This document shows positions 1 to 9,753 of a DNA stretch of 38,813 nt, one piece after another (positions within the stretch are counted from its first letter, which is position 1; every line of letters starts with the position of its first letter). This stretch comes from Bacilli bacterium (lineage in GTDB: Bacteria; Bacillota_I; Bacilli_A; RFN20; CAG-826). The notes under the pieces were generated by a model, which worked only from the letters and a program-made list of their open reading frames with translations, was not told the origin of the DNA and ran no database searches. Both the position numbers and the translations under genes were made by a program. The DNA lies in NCBI GenBank assembly GCA_016296285.1, contig JAEDJP010000002.1:1-38813 (forward strand). Reading direction: 5' to 3'.

Positions 1-965
<965 letters not shown>

Positions 966-1071
966 TTCACTAAATCCCATTATGGGAATGAGTAAGCTAA
1001 GTCAAGCGCAAGCAAAGCGTCAGAAAGATCAATGATCAACATCCGGTTGTCAAGGAGCGGGGGAAAAAAGA

Positions 1072-1185
1072 AGTCCGGTGGCGATGGCGCGGTGGTCACA
1101 CCTGTTCCCATCCCGAACACAGAAGTTAAGCACCGCAGTGGCGATTGTAGCCGGGGAACCGGCAAGAGTAGCGCGCTGCCGGGCT
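1072..1185 (+). rRNA. rrf: 5S rRNA (114 nt)
   Basis: Conserved core cctgttcccatcccgaacacagaagttaagc. The 5' agtccggtggcg pairs with the 3' cgctgccgggct (helix I). A T-run follows immediately. Confidence 0.9.
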
Positions 1186-1312
1186 TCTTTTTTTATGTCC
1201 GGGGGCGGATCGAGCAAAAAACGCGCAAATTCATCGAAATGATACGAAAACCGCGCAAAATCCCACTTTTTCGGGGACGGTATTTCGGGAATTTCCCCTT
1301 TTTGCGGCGTTA

Positions 1313-1321
1313 TGGTATACT
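1313..1321 (+). promoter_or_regulatory. Candidate extended -10 promoter (TGgTATACT) for asp23-yloV
   Basis: tggtatact at 1313-1321, ~60 nt upstream of ATG 1381. No good -35. Confidence 0.3.
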
Positions 1322-1380
1322 ACGTATACAAGCCTTTCTTTCGGCTGCTAGCGAACCTCGTCACCACTTAGGAATTCTTT

Positions 1381-1752
1381 ATGAATATCGATCAAAAAAC
1401 ACCTTATGGGGGCATTGGCATTTCTTTAGAAGCGATTGCCGCCGTGGCGGGGAAGGCTGCGAGCGAATGCTACGGCGTCGTCGGCCTTGCCTCCAAAAAC
1501 AAGAACCTCGTCGATAACGTGGCCATTCTCCTTAACACCGAGGAATTCTCGAAGGGCGTCACGATCCGTCGCACGACCAAGAAGGAATACGAAGTCGACG
1601 TCTATCTTTTCGGCGCTTCCGGAGTCAAGCTCTCCGAGGTCTTGTCCGAAGTCCAGAAAAAAGTGAAATATGACCTTGAACGCACGTTCGGCATCAAATT
1701 TCACGCGGTGAACGTTTACATCCAGGACGTTCGGGAGGTTGAGCAACAATGA
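1381..1752 (+). CDS. Asp23/Gls24-family (alkaline shock, YloU-like) protein
   Basis: 123 aa. GGIGISLEAIAAVAGKAASECYGVVGL N-terminus and size are typical of the family. ATGA overlap with the downstream DAK2 gene, as in yloU-yloV. Confidence 0.85.
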   Translation: MNIDQKTPYGGIGISLEAIAAVAGKAASECYGVVGLASKNKNLVDNVAILLNTEEFSKGVTIRRTTKKEYEVDVYLFGASGVKLSEVLSEVQKKVKYDLERTFGIKFHAVNVYIQDVREVEQQ

Positions 1753-3479
1753 AACGCCTCGATGCCAAAACCTTGAAGCGCATGTTGATCTCCGGCGCGA
1801 ACAACCTTTACAACCATTATCCCGAGATCGACCAGCTTAACGTCTTCCCGGTTCCTGACGGCGATACTGGCATGAACATGAACTTGACCGTCACTTCCGG
1901 CGTCAAGGAAATCCAAAACGCCCCGGAAGACGATGATCTCTTCCGTCTTGGCACCGGATCCAGCCGCGGCCTCCTCATGGGCGCCCGCGGGAATTCCGGC
2001 GTCATCACCTCCCAGATCTTCAAAGGCTTTTCCCTTGGCCTCAAGGACAAAAAACTCCTGAATGCGGTGGATTTCGCGAACGCCTGGCTTTCCGCGAAGG
2101 AAGTGGCCTATAAAGCGGTCATGAAGCCGGTCGAGGGCACGATCCTCACCGTCGTCCGCGAGGCGAGCGCCGCCCTGAGCGAAAAAGCGACCGCGACCAT
2201 GAGCATCGAGGACGCGATGGAATATTTCGTCGAGCAAGCGCGTATCTCCCTCGAGAACACCCCGAACCTTCTCCCTGTCCTCAAGGAAGTCGGCGTCGTC
2301 GATAGCGGCGGCGCGGGCCTCGTCCGCATCTTCGAGGGCATGCTTCTCGGCCTCCGCGGCAAAGTCGTGGAACGCAACCAGGACGTCGGCCAAGCCCCGA
2401 GCGAAGCCAACGAATCCCTCTATGCCGGCGCGAAGCTTTCCGAAGACGAAGAAGGCTATGGCTATTGCACCCAGTTCATCCTGCGCCTTGGCAAGCCTGG
2501 AGAAGACGGCAAGAAGCCTTTCGTCGAGAAGAATTTCAAGGGCTTCCTCGCGAAACACGGAAAATCCCTCGTCACGGTCCGGGACGAAGACATCATCAAG
2601 GTCCACGTCCACACCTTGACCCCGGGCAACATGCTCAACTACGCCCAGCAATTCGGCGAATTCCTGACCATCACGATCGAGAACATGTCCGAAGAGCACC
2701 ATAATATCGAAAACGGCAATGTCGCAACCGACATGGCCTCTAACATCGAGCGCGGCCGCCAAGAGAAGAAAGCCGAGCCCGAGGAAGAGGAAGCCATCTC
2801 CATCGAGAAGGAAATGGGCCTCGTCGCCGTCTCTTGCGGAGAAGGTCTCGACAACATGTTCAAAGGCCTCGGCGTCGACGTCATCGTCGGCGGCGGGCAG
2901 ACCATGAACCCCTCCACGGAGGATTTCGTCCGCGCGATCAAGAAAACCCACGCGCGCCAGGTCTTGCTCCTCCCGAACAATTCCAACATCGTCATGGCGG
3001 CATCCCAAGCGTGCGACGTCATGGAAGGCACCGAGGTTTCCGCCCGGGTCGTCCCGTCCAAGACCATCCCGCAAGGCCTTGTCTCCGCGATGTGCTTCAA
3101 TCCCGAATCTGAGGATGCCGACGCGACCTTCGAGGAAATGAAATCCGCACTCAAGACCGTCCGTTCCGGTTCCGTCACCTACGCGGTGCGCGACACGGAC
3201 ATCGACGGCGTCCACGTCACCAAGGATTATTACATGGCGATGCGCGACAAGAGCATCGTCTCCTGCGTCAAGGATCGCGAGCAGGCCTTCTTCGACCTCC
3301 TCGAGGATCTCGTCGACGAGGATAGCTACATGATCACCGTCCTCGTGGGTCAAGATGTCGACGCGGACACGATGACCGCGATCAAGGCCAAGATGAAAGA
3401 GAAATACGGCGACGACATCGAGTTTACCGTCGAGCAAGGCGGACAACCCGTTTACAGCTATTTGATCGGCGTTGAATAA
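1749..3479 (+). CDS. yloV: DAK2 domain fusion protein YloV
   Basis: 576 aa. DhaL/DAK2 motifs VFPVPDGDTGMNM and GARGNSGVI. Long C-terminal YloV-type domain. Sits downstream of asp23. Confidence 0.9.
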   Translation: MKRLDAKTLKRMLISGANNLYNHYPEIDQLNVFPVPDGDTGMNMNLTVTSGVKEIQNAPEDDDLFRLGTGSSRGLLMGARGNSGVITSQIFKGFSLGLKDKKLLNAVDFANAWLSAKEVAYKAVMKPVEGTILTVVREASAALSEKATATMSIEDAMEYFVEQARISLENTPNLLPVLKEVGVVDSGGAGLVRIFEGMLLGLRGKVVERNQDVGQAPSEANESLYAGAKLSEDEEGYGYCTQFILRLGKPGEDGKKPFVEKNFKGFLAKHGKSLVTVRDEDIIKVHVHTLTPGNMLNYAQQFGEFLTITIENMSEEHHNIENGNVATDMASNIERGRQEKKAEPEEEEAISIEKEMGLVAVSCGEGLDNMFKGLGVDVIVGGGQTMNPSTEDFVRAIKKTHARQVLLLPNNSNIVMAASQACDVMEGTEVSARVVPSKTIPQGLVSAMCFNPESEDADATFEEMKSALKTVRSGSVTYAVRDTDIDGVHVTKDYYMAMRDKSIVSCVKDREQAFFDLLEDLVDEDSYMITVLVGQDVDADTMTAIKAKMKEKYGDDIEFTVEQGGQPVYSYLIGVE

Positions 3480-3493
3480 GCATCTCTTGATAT

Positions 3494-3527
3494 GGGGCCC
3501 CTTCTTTTAGAAGGGTGCCCCTTTTTC
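3494..3527 (+). terminator. Rho-independent terminator after yloV
   Basis: ggggcccctt / aagggtgcccc stem (one mismatch) followed by ttttt. Confidence 0.6.
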
Positions 3528-3552
3528 GTCTTCTTAAAAAAGAGAAAGCCAC

Positions 3553-3558
3553 TATAAT
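3553..3558 (+). promoter_or_regulatory. -10 box TATAAT 6 nt upstream of ATG 3565 (leaderless-type)
   Basis: actataatggtaccATG with no SD in between. Weak -35. Confidence 0.4.
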
Positions 3559-3564
3559 GGTACC

Positions 3565-5655
3565 ATGCTGAACGCGATGCGTGACGACGGGCGCCCCATC
3601 CCTCGCCAAGAGAAGAAGATTTGGGACATCGTTTCAAGGATCCTCCCTTACGTCTTGCTTTTCGTCGCGTCCTTCATCCCGTTTGCCATCTTTTTCGAGA
3701 CCGGGGACGCCCTCCAAGGGGGCGATGACTCGCTTTGGCACCGCATCTGGCCCCTCGACCTGAGCATCGGCTTCCAAAACGGCTATTTCGGCCTCAATTC
3801 GCCCTCCCATACGTTGATGGGGAACCTCGGGCTCGGGACTTATCTTTTCTATGGCCCCCTCCCCCATTATTTCGTCGCGATCCTGCATACCGTCTTCCCG
3901 TTCATCTCCATCAACTGGGGTTTGAAGATTATGACCCTTGCGACGACGTTCGCGGGCGGGGTTTGGACGTATTCCTTTTGCCGGCGCATCTGCAAGGACG
4001 ATCTCTGCGCCTTGATGCTTGGCTTCTGCTTCATCTTCTCTCCTTATCGCATCAATTGCATCCTCTACCGCGCCGCCTATCCCGAGGCGGTCGCGATGTC
4101 GTTTGCCCCTCTCTTGTTTTTGGGCGTCCAAGGATTGATCGATCAAGAATTCAAGCCGAAGACGTTCACGTGCTGCGTCCTTGGGGTTTCTTGCCTCATC
4201 TTGTCCCATCCATTCACCGCCCTCGTGTTCATCCTCGCGGCCGCGGTCTATCTCTTGATCGCTTATCGCTGGATCGTTCCGTTCTTCCATGACAAGAAGG
4301 CGATCATCTATGGCGTTTCCTCGGTTTTGCTCGTCTTTGGGTTTGTCGGATGGTATTTCTTCCCGATGCTCCAATACCTTGGCAGCGGGCTTTACAACGT
4401 CTCCGATCCCATCCTCATGTGGACGAACGTCGCCCACCTGCAAGGCTCGATCGCCCATTCGTCCCAATTCTCCGGCTTCCTCCGTCCCGGCTGGCTCGAC
4501 CTTTACAATTTCCCGAACCCCGGGAACGAGACGTGGGGGTCTTGGGTGCAGGATTACGTCGCGTTTGGCTTTTTCGGGGCCCTCGGGGTCTTCCTCATGG
4601 CGTTCTTGTCCCGGAAGCATTACACGTATCTCGGCGCCGTGTTGGGGGCCATGGCGAGCTTGCTTAGCCTTTTGTTCTCATCCCGTCAGGAATGCTTCCT
4701 CGTCATCCCGTTGTTCGCGGTCAGCCTCTTGCTCATCGGCATCTCGAAAGAAGAGGCCATCGAGAAGCAGCAGGTATCCCTTGATTACAAAGAGATGAGC
4801 AAACGCCCCGAATTCTATTGGGCTATCGTTTTCTTCCTTTTCTCCTTCCTCTGCGTCTATGTCCCGGGCATCTGGGAAATCCTCCCGAAGATCTTCTTGA
4901 ATGCCCAATTCGCGTGGCGTTTCTGGAGCGCCGTGCTCTTCCTCGCGATCGTCATCGTCGCCTACCTCGTGCGCCCCGTCTCCCGTTCGAACATCACGCG
5001 CGGCGGTCTCGCCATCCTCATGACGATGTCCTTTCTTTCCTGCATGGGCCCGATCGACAAGCGCTTCGTGAATTACACCGGCTCCGTCCGTCCCGAACCG
5101 ACGATCGCCATGATCCAATCCCAAAAGACCATGGGTTGCCAAAACGAATACGTGCCCCGGGTTTTCAAGAAGGGATCCGGTTACAAAAGCGAGTACCCGA
5201 ATTCCCTCTATTCGGAAATCTACCGGGACATCAACGACGCGAAGGAATCCTATCAATTCACGATGGAAGATTACCTCGACCCCGCCTTCCTCGAGGGGTC
5301 CGGCACGTTCGTGATCACCTCCCTCAATTCCCCGCAGGCGACGTTCGACGTCGCGATTGAGACGGACGAGGCCTTGGTCCAGCTGCCCCAATTCTATTAC
5401 GACGGCTATGTCCTTGAGTTGCGTGGCGACCATTCCGCGAAAATCAAAGGCGAATACGTGGACGGGCTTGTCTCGTTCCGCTTGGAAAAAGGGAATTACG
5501 AAGCCGATCTCCGTTGGGTCGGCACGGTCTCCTATCAGGTTTTCTCCCCGATATTCCCCGTCGCAATCATCGGCCTCCTTGCCCTCAATATCGTTCCTTG
5601 GGCGCTTGAGAAACGCAAGGGAAAGTCGAAACCCGTCGAAGGAGAGAAGCGTTGA
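3565..5655 (+). CDS. Polytopic membrane protein with a ~200-aa C-terminal soluble domain; YfhO/GT-C glycosyltransferase-like (function uncertain)
   Basis: 696 aa with many hydrophobic helices up to ~aa 480. The first loop GDALQGGDDSLWH...GYFGLNS...GLGTYLFYGPLPHYF and ...WTYSFCRR resemble my recollection of the YfhO N-terminal pattern. Stop overlaps the recG start. Confidence 0.6.
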   Translation: MLNAMRDDGRPIPRQEKKIWDIVSRILPYVLLFVASFIPFAIFFETGDALQGGDDSLWHRIWPLDLSIGFQNGYFGLNSPSHTLMGNLGLGTYLFYGPLPHYFVAILHTVFPFISINWGLKIMTLATTFAGGVWTYSFCRRICKDDLCALMLGFCFIFSPYRINCILYRAAYPEAVAMSFAPLLFLGVQGLIDQEFKPKTFTCCVLGVSCLILSHPFTALVFILAAAVYLLIAYRWIVPFFHDKKAIIYGVSSVLLVFGFVGWYFFPMLQYLGSGLYNVSDPILMWTNVAHLQGSIAHSSQFSGFLRPGWLDLYNFPNPGNETWGSWVQDYVAFGFFGALGVFLMAFLSRKHYTYLGAVLGAMASLLSLLFSSRQECFLVIPLFAVSLLLIGISKEEAIEKQQVSLDYKEMSKRPEFYWAIVFFLFSFLCVYVPGIWEILPKIFLNAQFAWRFWSAVLFLAIVIVAYLVRPVSRSNITRGGLAILMTMSFLSCMGPIDKRFVNYTGSVRPEPTIAMIQSQKTMGCQNEYVPRVFKKGSGYKSEYPNSLYSEIYRDINDAKESYQFTMEDYLDPAFLEGSGTFVITSLNSPQATFDVAIETDEALVQLPQFYYDGYVLELRGDHSAKIKGEYVDGLVSFRLEKGNYEADLRWVGTVSYQVFSPIFPVAIIGLLALNIVPWALEKRKGKSKPVEGEKR

Positions 5656-7655
5656 AACTCACGAGTTCCGCCCGTTTGAACTTGCTGTTGCAGGAGATGG
5701 GGATCACCTCTCCCCTCGATGTCATTGCCCACCTCCCCCGGCGTTACGATTCCTTTTTGTACACCCCCGCCTCCGCTTTGCGGCACCTCCAAGACAAGGA
5801 GAAGGTGGTCCTTTTTGGCAAGGTCATCCTTCCCCCGGATTGCCACAAATTCGCGAAAGCGAGCCTCGTCCGCTTCCTCTTCCGCTCGTATGAGGGCAAC
5901 CAGGATTTCGAGATCGAGGCATGGAACCGCCACTGGCTCGCCAAGACGATCGATACGGAACAGGAATACACCATCAAAGGGGCCTACGACGCGGAAGGGC
6001 ATTGCCTGAACCTCATCAGCATGAAGCCTGGGCGCATTCCTCCCCAAGAAGCGATCGTCCCCGTCTATTCCCTCCCGACGGACTACCCGGAGCATTCCTG
6101 GCGCCAGCTCGTCAAACGGGCCCTTGAGGTCGAGAAAGGCAAGGTCCCCGACGTCGTCCCTGCTCCCCTCCGCGAGAAATATCGCCTTCTTTCCCATTAC
6201 GATGCCTTGGCCAAATGCCATTTCCCGACGTGTCCGGAAGACATCCATCAAGGGCAACGAGTCCTCAAATACGAAGAAGCCCTTTCCTTCAGCCTCAAGA
6301 ACCAACTCATCCGTTCCGCGAACAAAATCCAACGGACGTCCCCTCCAAAAATGATCGATTTCCATGAGGTCGGCGAGTTTGTGCGCTCGCTTCCTTACCC
6401 CCTGACGGGCGACCAGAAGAAGGCGGTGCGCGACGGCCTCACCGATATGAATGCCCCCGAGCTCATGTATCGTTTGCTGCAAGGGGATGTCGGAACGGGC
6501 AAAACCTTGGTCGCGGCCATTCTCCTTTATGGCAATTATTGCAGAGGCAAGCAAGGCGCGATCCTCGCCCCGACGGATGCCCTTGCAAGGCAGCATTACG
6601 AATCCTTGAAAAGCCTTTATGCCTCCACTCCCGTGAACGTCTCCCTCCTCGTCGGGGCGATGAGCGCCGCGGACCGCAAGGCAGTCCTAGAAGGTCTCAA
6701 GAACGGGACAATCGACATCGCCGTCGGGACGCACGCCCTCTTTTCCGAGGGGGTGGTGTACGCGGATCTCGGGTTTGCCGTCATCGACGAGCAGCATAAA
6801 TTCGGCGTCAACCAGCGTCGGCTTCTTTGCGAAAAAGGGGATGGTGCGGATGTCCTTTTGATGTCCGCGACTCCCATTCCCCGTACCCTGTCCCTCACGC
6901 TTTACGGGGATCTCGACGTTTCCGTGCTCGCGGAATTCCCCGCGAAGGAACGCCGCGTCGTCACGAAAATCGTCAAACCAAACGCCCGCGAGCTTTTTGC
7001 TGCTGTCTCGGCTTCGATTTCCTCGGGCCACCGCGCCTTCATCATCGCCCCTCAAATCGAGAATCGCGAGGAAGGCGAGCTATCCGCGGAAGGGGTATAC
7101 TCGGCCTATAAAGCCCTCTATCCAGGCCTCGTCGGCCTCCTTCACGGCAGGCTCTCACCCGAAGAAAAAGAACGCGTCATTTCCAAATTCAAGGAGGGCG
7201 TGTATCCGATTTTGGTGTCTACCTCCGTCGTCGAGGTAGGCATCGACGTCAAGGAAGCGAACCTCATGGTCATCTATGGGGCCACCCATTTCGGCCTTTC
7301 TTCCCTCCATCAGCTCCGAGGCAGAATCGGGCGCGGAGGGGACGAGGCGACTTGTTTACTCGTCAACGGCGGAACCGACGAGAAAGACAAGGCCAAGCTC
7401 GGCGTTTTGACGAGGACGAACGACGGATTCAAGATCGCCGAGGCGGACCTCAAGATGCGCGGCCCTGGCGAAGTCTCGGGCCTCCGACAATCGGGGATCC
7501 CTTCCTTCCGGTTCGTGAATCTTTACGAGGACCTCCGCCTCTTTGAATGCGCCCGAGAAGACGCCGCCTTCGTCCTCGCCCATCGAAACCTTCCCGCGTA
7601 CAAGGCCTTCGTCGAAGGCCTCGAAAAAGAGACGAGCATCTCCTCTTTGGCCTAA
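5652..7655 (+). CDS. recG: ATP-dependent DNA helicase RecG
   Basis: 667 aa. Walker A GDVGTGKT, VIDEQHKFGV, LLMSATPIPRTL, QLRGRIGRG. TTG start at 5652 overlaps the upstream TGA. Confidence 0.93.
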   Translation: MKLTSSARLNLLLQEMGITSPLDVIAHLPRRYDSFLYTPASALRHLQDKEKVVLFGKVILPPDCHKFAKASLVRFLFRSYEGNQDFEIEAWNRHWLAKTIDTEQEYTIKGAYDAEGHCLNLISMKPGRIPPQEAIVPVYSLPTDYPEHSWRQLVKRALEVEKGKVPDVVPAPLREKYRLLSHYDALAKCHFPTCPEDIHQGQRVLKYEEALSFSLKNQLIRSANKIQRTSPPKMIDFHEVGEFVRSLPYPLTGDQKKAVRDGLTDMNAPELMYRLLQGDVGTGKTLVAAILLYGNYCRGKQGAILAPTDALARQHYESLKSLYASTPVNVSLLVGAMSAADRKAVLEGLKNGTIDIAVGTHALFSEGVVYADLGFAVIDEQHKFGVNQRRLLCEKGDGADVLLMSATPIPRTLSLTLYGDLDVSVLAEFPAKERRVVTKIVKPNARELFAAVSASISSGHRAFIIAPQIENREEGELSAEGVYSAYKALYPGLVGLLHGRLSPEEKERVISKFKEGVYPILVSTSVVEVGIDVKEANLMVIYGATHFGLSSLHQLRGRIGRGGDEATCLLVNGGTDEKDKAKLGVLTRTNDGFKIAEADLKMRGPGEVSGLRQSGIPSFRFVNLYEDLRLFECAREDAAFVLAHRNLPAYKAFVEGLEKETSISSLA

Positions 7656-7671
7656 TCTTGTAAACAAGATT
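7654..7671. repeat. Perfect palindrome AATCTTGT-AA-ACAAGATT
   Basis: 8-bp arms read directly from the sequence. Overlaps the recG stop codon and the candidate -35 of rnc. Confidence 0.8.
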
Positions 7672-7688
7672 CGCCTATCCTGTATAAT
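7658..7688 (+). promoter_or_regulatory. Candidate rnc promoter TTGTAA-19 nt-TATAAT, ATG 7 nt downstream
   Basis: ttgtaa 7658-7663 and tataat 7683-7688. No SD before ATG 7696. Confidence 0.35.
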
Positions 7689-7695
7689 GGTTGAT

Positions 7696-8412
7696 ATGTC
7701 ATCCCCGTTCTCCCGCTTGTTCCGCACCTATGGAATCCTTCCCAAGGATGAAACCCTCTATGCCTTGGCGTTCACCCATCCTTCCTGCAATTCCGACGCC
7801 GACACGAAACACGTCGACTACGAACGGCTCGAGTTTTTGGGCGATTCCGTCGTCGGTATGGTTGTATCGGAGCTTTGCTATACCTTGCACCCCGAGATGC
7901 ACGAAGGCGGCCTGACCCAGATCAAGAACCAGATGGTCATGTCCGCTCATGAAGCCGCCCTCTGCAAGAAAATCGGCCTAGACGAATACATCCGCGTCGG
8001 CGGAAGCTTCGTCCTCGAGAAAGACCCGAATGACCCCACGGCGATGAGCAAGGCCGAACGCGCGTTGCTTGAAAACGTGTTCGAGGCCTTTGTCGGGGCC
8101 CTTTTCCTCGATCAAGGGTATACGTTCGTGCGGCATTTCCTCCATGGCTTGTACGAGAAGGACATCGCCGACGCGAAGATCGAACTCGACCCCAAATCCG
8201 CCCTTCAGCAGCATCTCCAAGCCGATGGGGCGGTTTCCATCGTCTATAAGCTCCTTCGCCGGGATGGCCCCGCGCAGGATAGCAATTTCGTGTCCGCCGT
8301 CTATTTCGACGGGCTCGAGCTCGGCAGGGGCGAAGGCAAGAACAAAAAGGCCGCGGAGATGGCCGCGGCGAAGAACGCTTTGGAGAAGCTAAGCGTCCTT
8401 CAGGAGGGCTGA
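7696..8412 (+). CDS. rnc: Ribonuclease III
   Basis: Signature ERLEFLGDSVVG and a C-terminal dsRBD (KSALQQ...GEGKNKKAAEMAAAKNAL). Start chosen at ATG 7696 (7687 also possible). The longer ORF from 7543 overlaps recG. Confidence 0.9.
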   Translation: MSSPFSRLFRTYGILPKDETLYALAFTHPSCNSDADTKHVDYERLEFLGDSVVGMVVSELCYTLHPEMHEGGLTQIKNQMVMSAHEAALCKKIGLDEYIRVGGSFVLEKDPNDPTAMSKAERALLENVFEAFVGALFLDQGYTFVRHFLHGLYEKDIADAKIELDPKSALQQHLQADGAVSIVYKLLRRDGPAQDSNFVSAVYFDGLELGRGEGKNKKAAEMAAAKNALEKLSVLQEG

Positions 8413-8414
8413 TC

Positions 8415-9422
8415 GTGGGCTTATTCGCGTTTTTGAAAAGCAAATTCGGCAAGAAAGGGACAAGCGCCCCTGCCGATGAAAAAGAATCCAGGGACATCTA
8501 TTCCAAAGGCCTCGAGAAGAGCCGCAAGAATTTCGCTTCCCGCCTCGACGCGCTCAGCAAGCGTTACGCGAAGATCGATTCCGACTATTTCGAGGAACTT
8601 GAGGAAATCCTGATCGAATCCGACGTCGGCGTCGACCTTTCCATCCGCCTGTGCGAGACGCTGCTCGACAAAGCGACCAAGGAAAAGATTTTCGAGCCGA
8701 AGCAAATCAACGAAATGCTCGTCGACGAGATGTTCGTCGGCTACGCGACCAAAGGCGACGTCATTCAAAACGAGATCTCGTTTGCCGAAAACGGACCCAC
8801 GGTCCTCCTCGTTTGCGGCGTCAACGGTGTTGGGAAGACGACGACGATCGCCAAGCTCGCCTACCGGTATCTCCATCAAGGGAAGTCCGTTTTGCTCGTC
8901 GCGGGCGACACGTTCCGCGCGGGTGCCGTCGAGCAACTCCGCGTCTGGGCGGAGCGCCTTGGCTGCCCCATCATCACGGGCAAGCCGGAAAGCGACCCAG
9001 CTTCTGTCGCCTATGACGGGGCGCGGTACGCAAGAGAGCACGGCGTCGACCTCGTGATCGTCGATACGGCCGGGCGTCTCCAGACGAAGGCGAACCTGAT
9101 GCAGGAACTCGCGAAAATCCGTCGCGTCCTCGGCAGGGAAATCGAGGGAGCCCCCCAAGAGACGTTCCTCGTCATCGATGGGACCACGGGGCAAAACGGG
9201 GTCTTGCAAGCCAAGGCCTTTAAAGAAGTCACGGACCTCACGGGCATCGTCATCACGAAGATGGACGGCACCTCGAAAGGCGGCATCATCCTTTCGATTC
9301 GCGACGAACTCGGCATCCCCGTCCGCTTCCTCGGCCTAGGGGAAAGGATGGAAGACCTGCAGGAATTCGACCTCGACAAATATTTGTATGGCCTCTTGCT
9401 TGGAGGGGACGCCAATGAATGA
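8415..9422 (+). CDS. ftsY: Signal recognition particle receptor FtsY
   Basis: 335 aa. GVNGVGKTTTIAKLA, DTAGRLQ, TKMDGTSKGG. GTG start. Confidence 0.93.
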   Translation: MGLFAFLKSKFGKKGTSAPADEKESRDIYSKGLEKSRKNFASRLDALSKRYAKIDSDYFEELEEILIESDVGVDLSIRLCETLLDKATKEKIFEPKQINEMLVDEMFVGYATKGDVIQNEISFAENGPTVLLVCGVNGVGKTTTIAKLAYRYLHQGKSVLLVAGDTFRAGAVEQLRVWAERLGCPIITGKPESDPASVAYDGARYAREHGVDLVIVDTAGRLQTKANLMQELAKIRRVLGREIEGAPQETFLVIDGTTGQNGVLQAKAFKEVTDLTGIVITKMDGTSKGGIILSIRDELGIPVRFLGLGERMEDLQEFDLDKYLYGLLLGGDANE

Positions 9423-9753
9423 GCCTTTCCTCGCGGAGCGGAATCGCGTCCTCGGCCTCCTCTCGATCTATGAGCCCTTGCTCACCGAAAAACAGCGTGA
9501 GGCGGTCGATGATTATTACCGGTTCGACCTTTCCCTCGGCGAGATTTCCGAGGAAACGGGAACGACGCGCGCTGCCGTGAGCGACGCCATCAAGAAAACC
9601 ATCGCGAAGCTAGAGGAGTTCGAGTCTCGCTTATTCCTGCTTGCCAAGAAAGAAGCTTGGGAGAAGCGGGCCAAAGAGGCATCCCTCCTCCCCGCGGATC
9701 AACAAGCGGATGCCTATCGCACGTTAACGGAGGATATGATTCATGGCCTTTGA
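9415..9753 (+). CDS. ylxM: YlxM/UPF0122 putative HTH protein of the SRP operon
   Basis: LLTEKQREAVDDYYRFDLSLGEISEETGTTRAAVSDAIKK is typical of YlxM. ATG 9415 overlaps the ftsY end. Sits immediately upstream of ffh. Confidence 0.85.
   Translation: MNEPFLAERNRVLGLLSIYEPLLTEKQREAVDDYYRFDLSLGEISEETGTTRAAVSDAIKKTIAKLEEFESRLFLLAKKEAWEKRAKEASLLPADQQADAYRTLTEDMIHGL

Noticed and set aside
1716-3446. 576-aa minus-strand ORF exactly antisense to yloV
   Set aside because: This is a shadow ORF typical of GC3-rich genes. The translation is low-complexity (D/G/R/A/L/V-rich) with no recognisable motif, while the plus-strand frame carries clear DAK2 motifs.
7543-7695. N-terminal extension of the rnc ORF starting at 7543
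   Set aside because: It overlaps the last ~110 nt of recG, and the translated extension is low-complexity. RNase III homology begins right after the Met at 7696, which is preceded by a TATAAT box.
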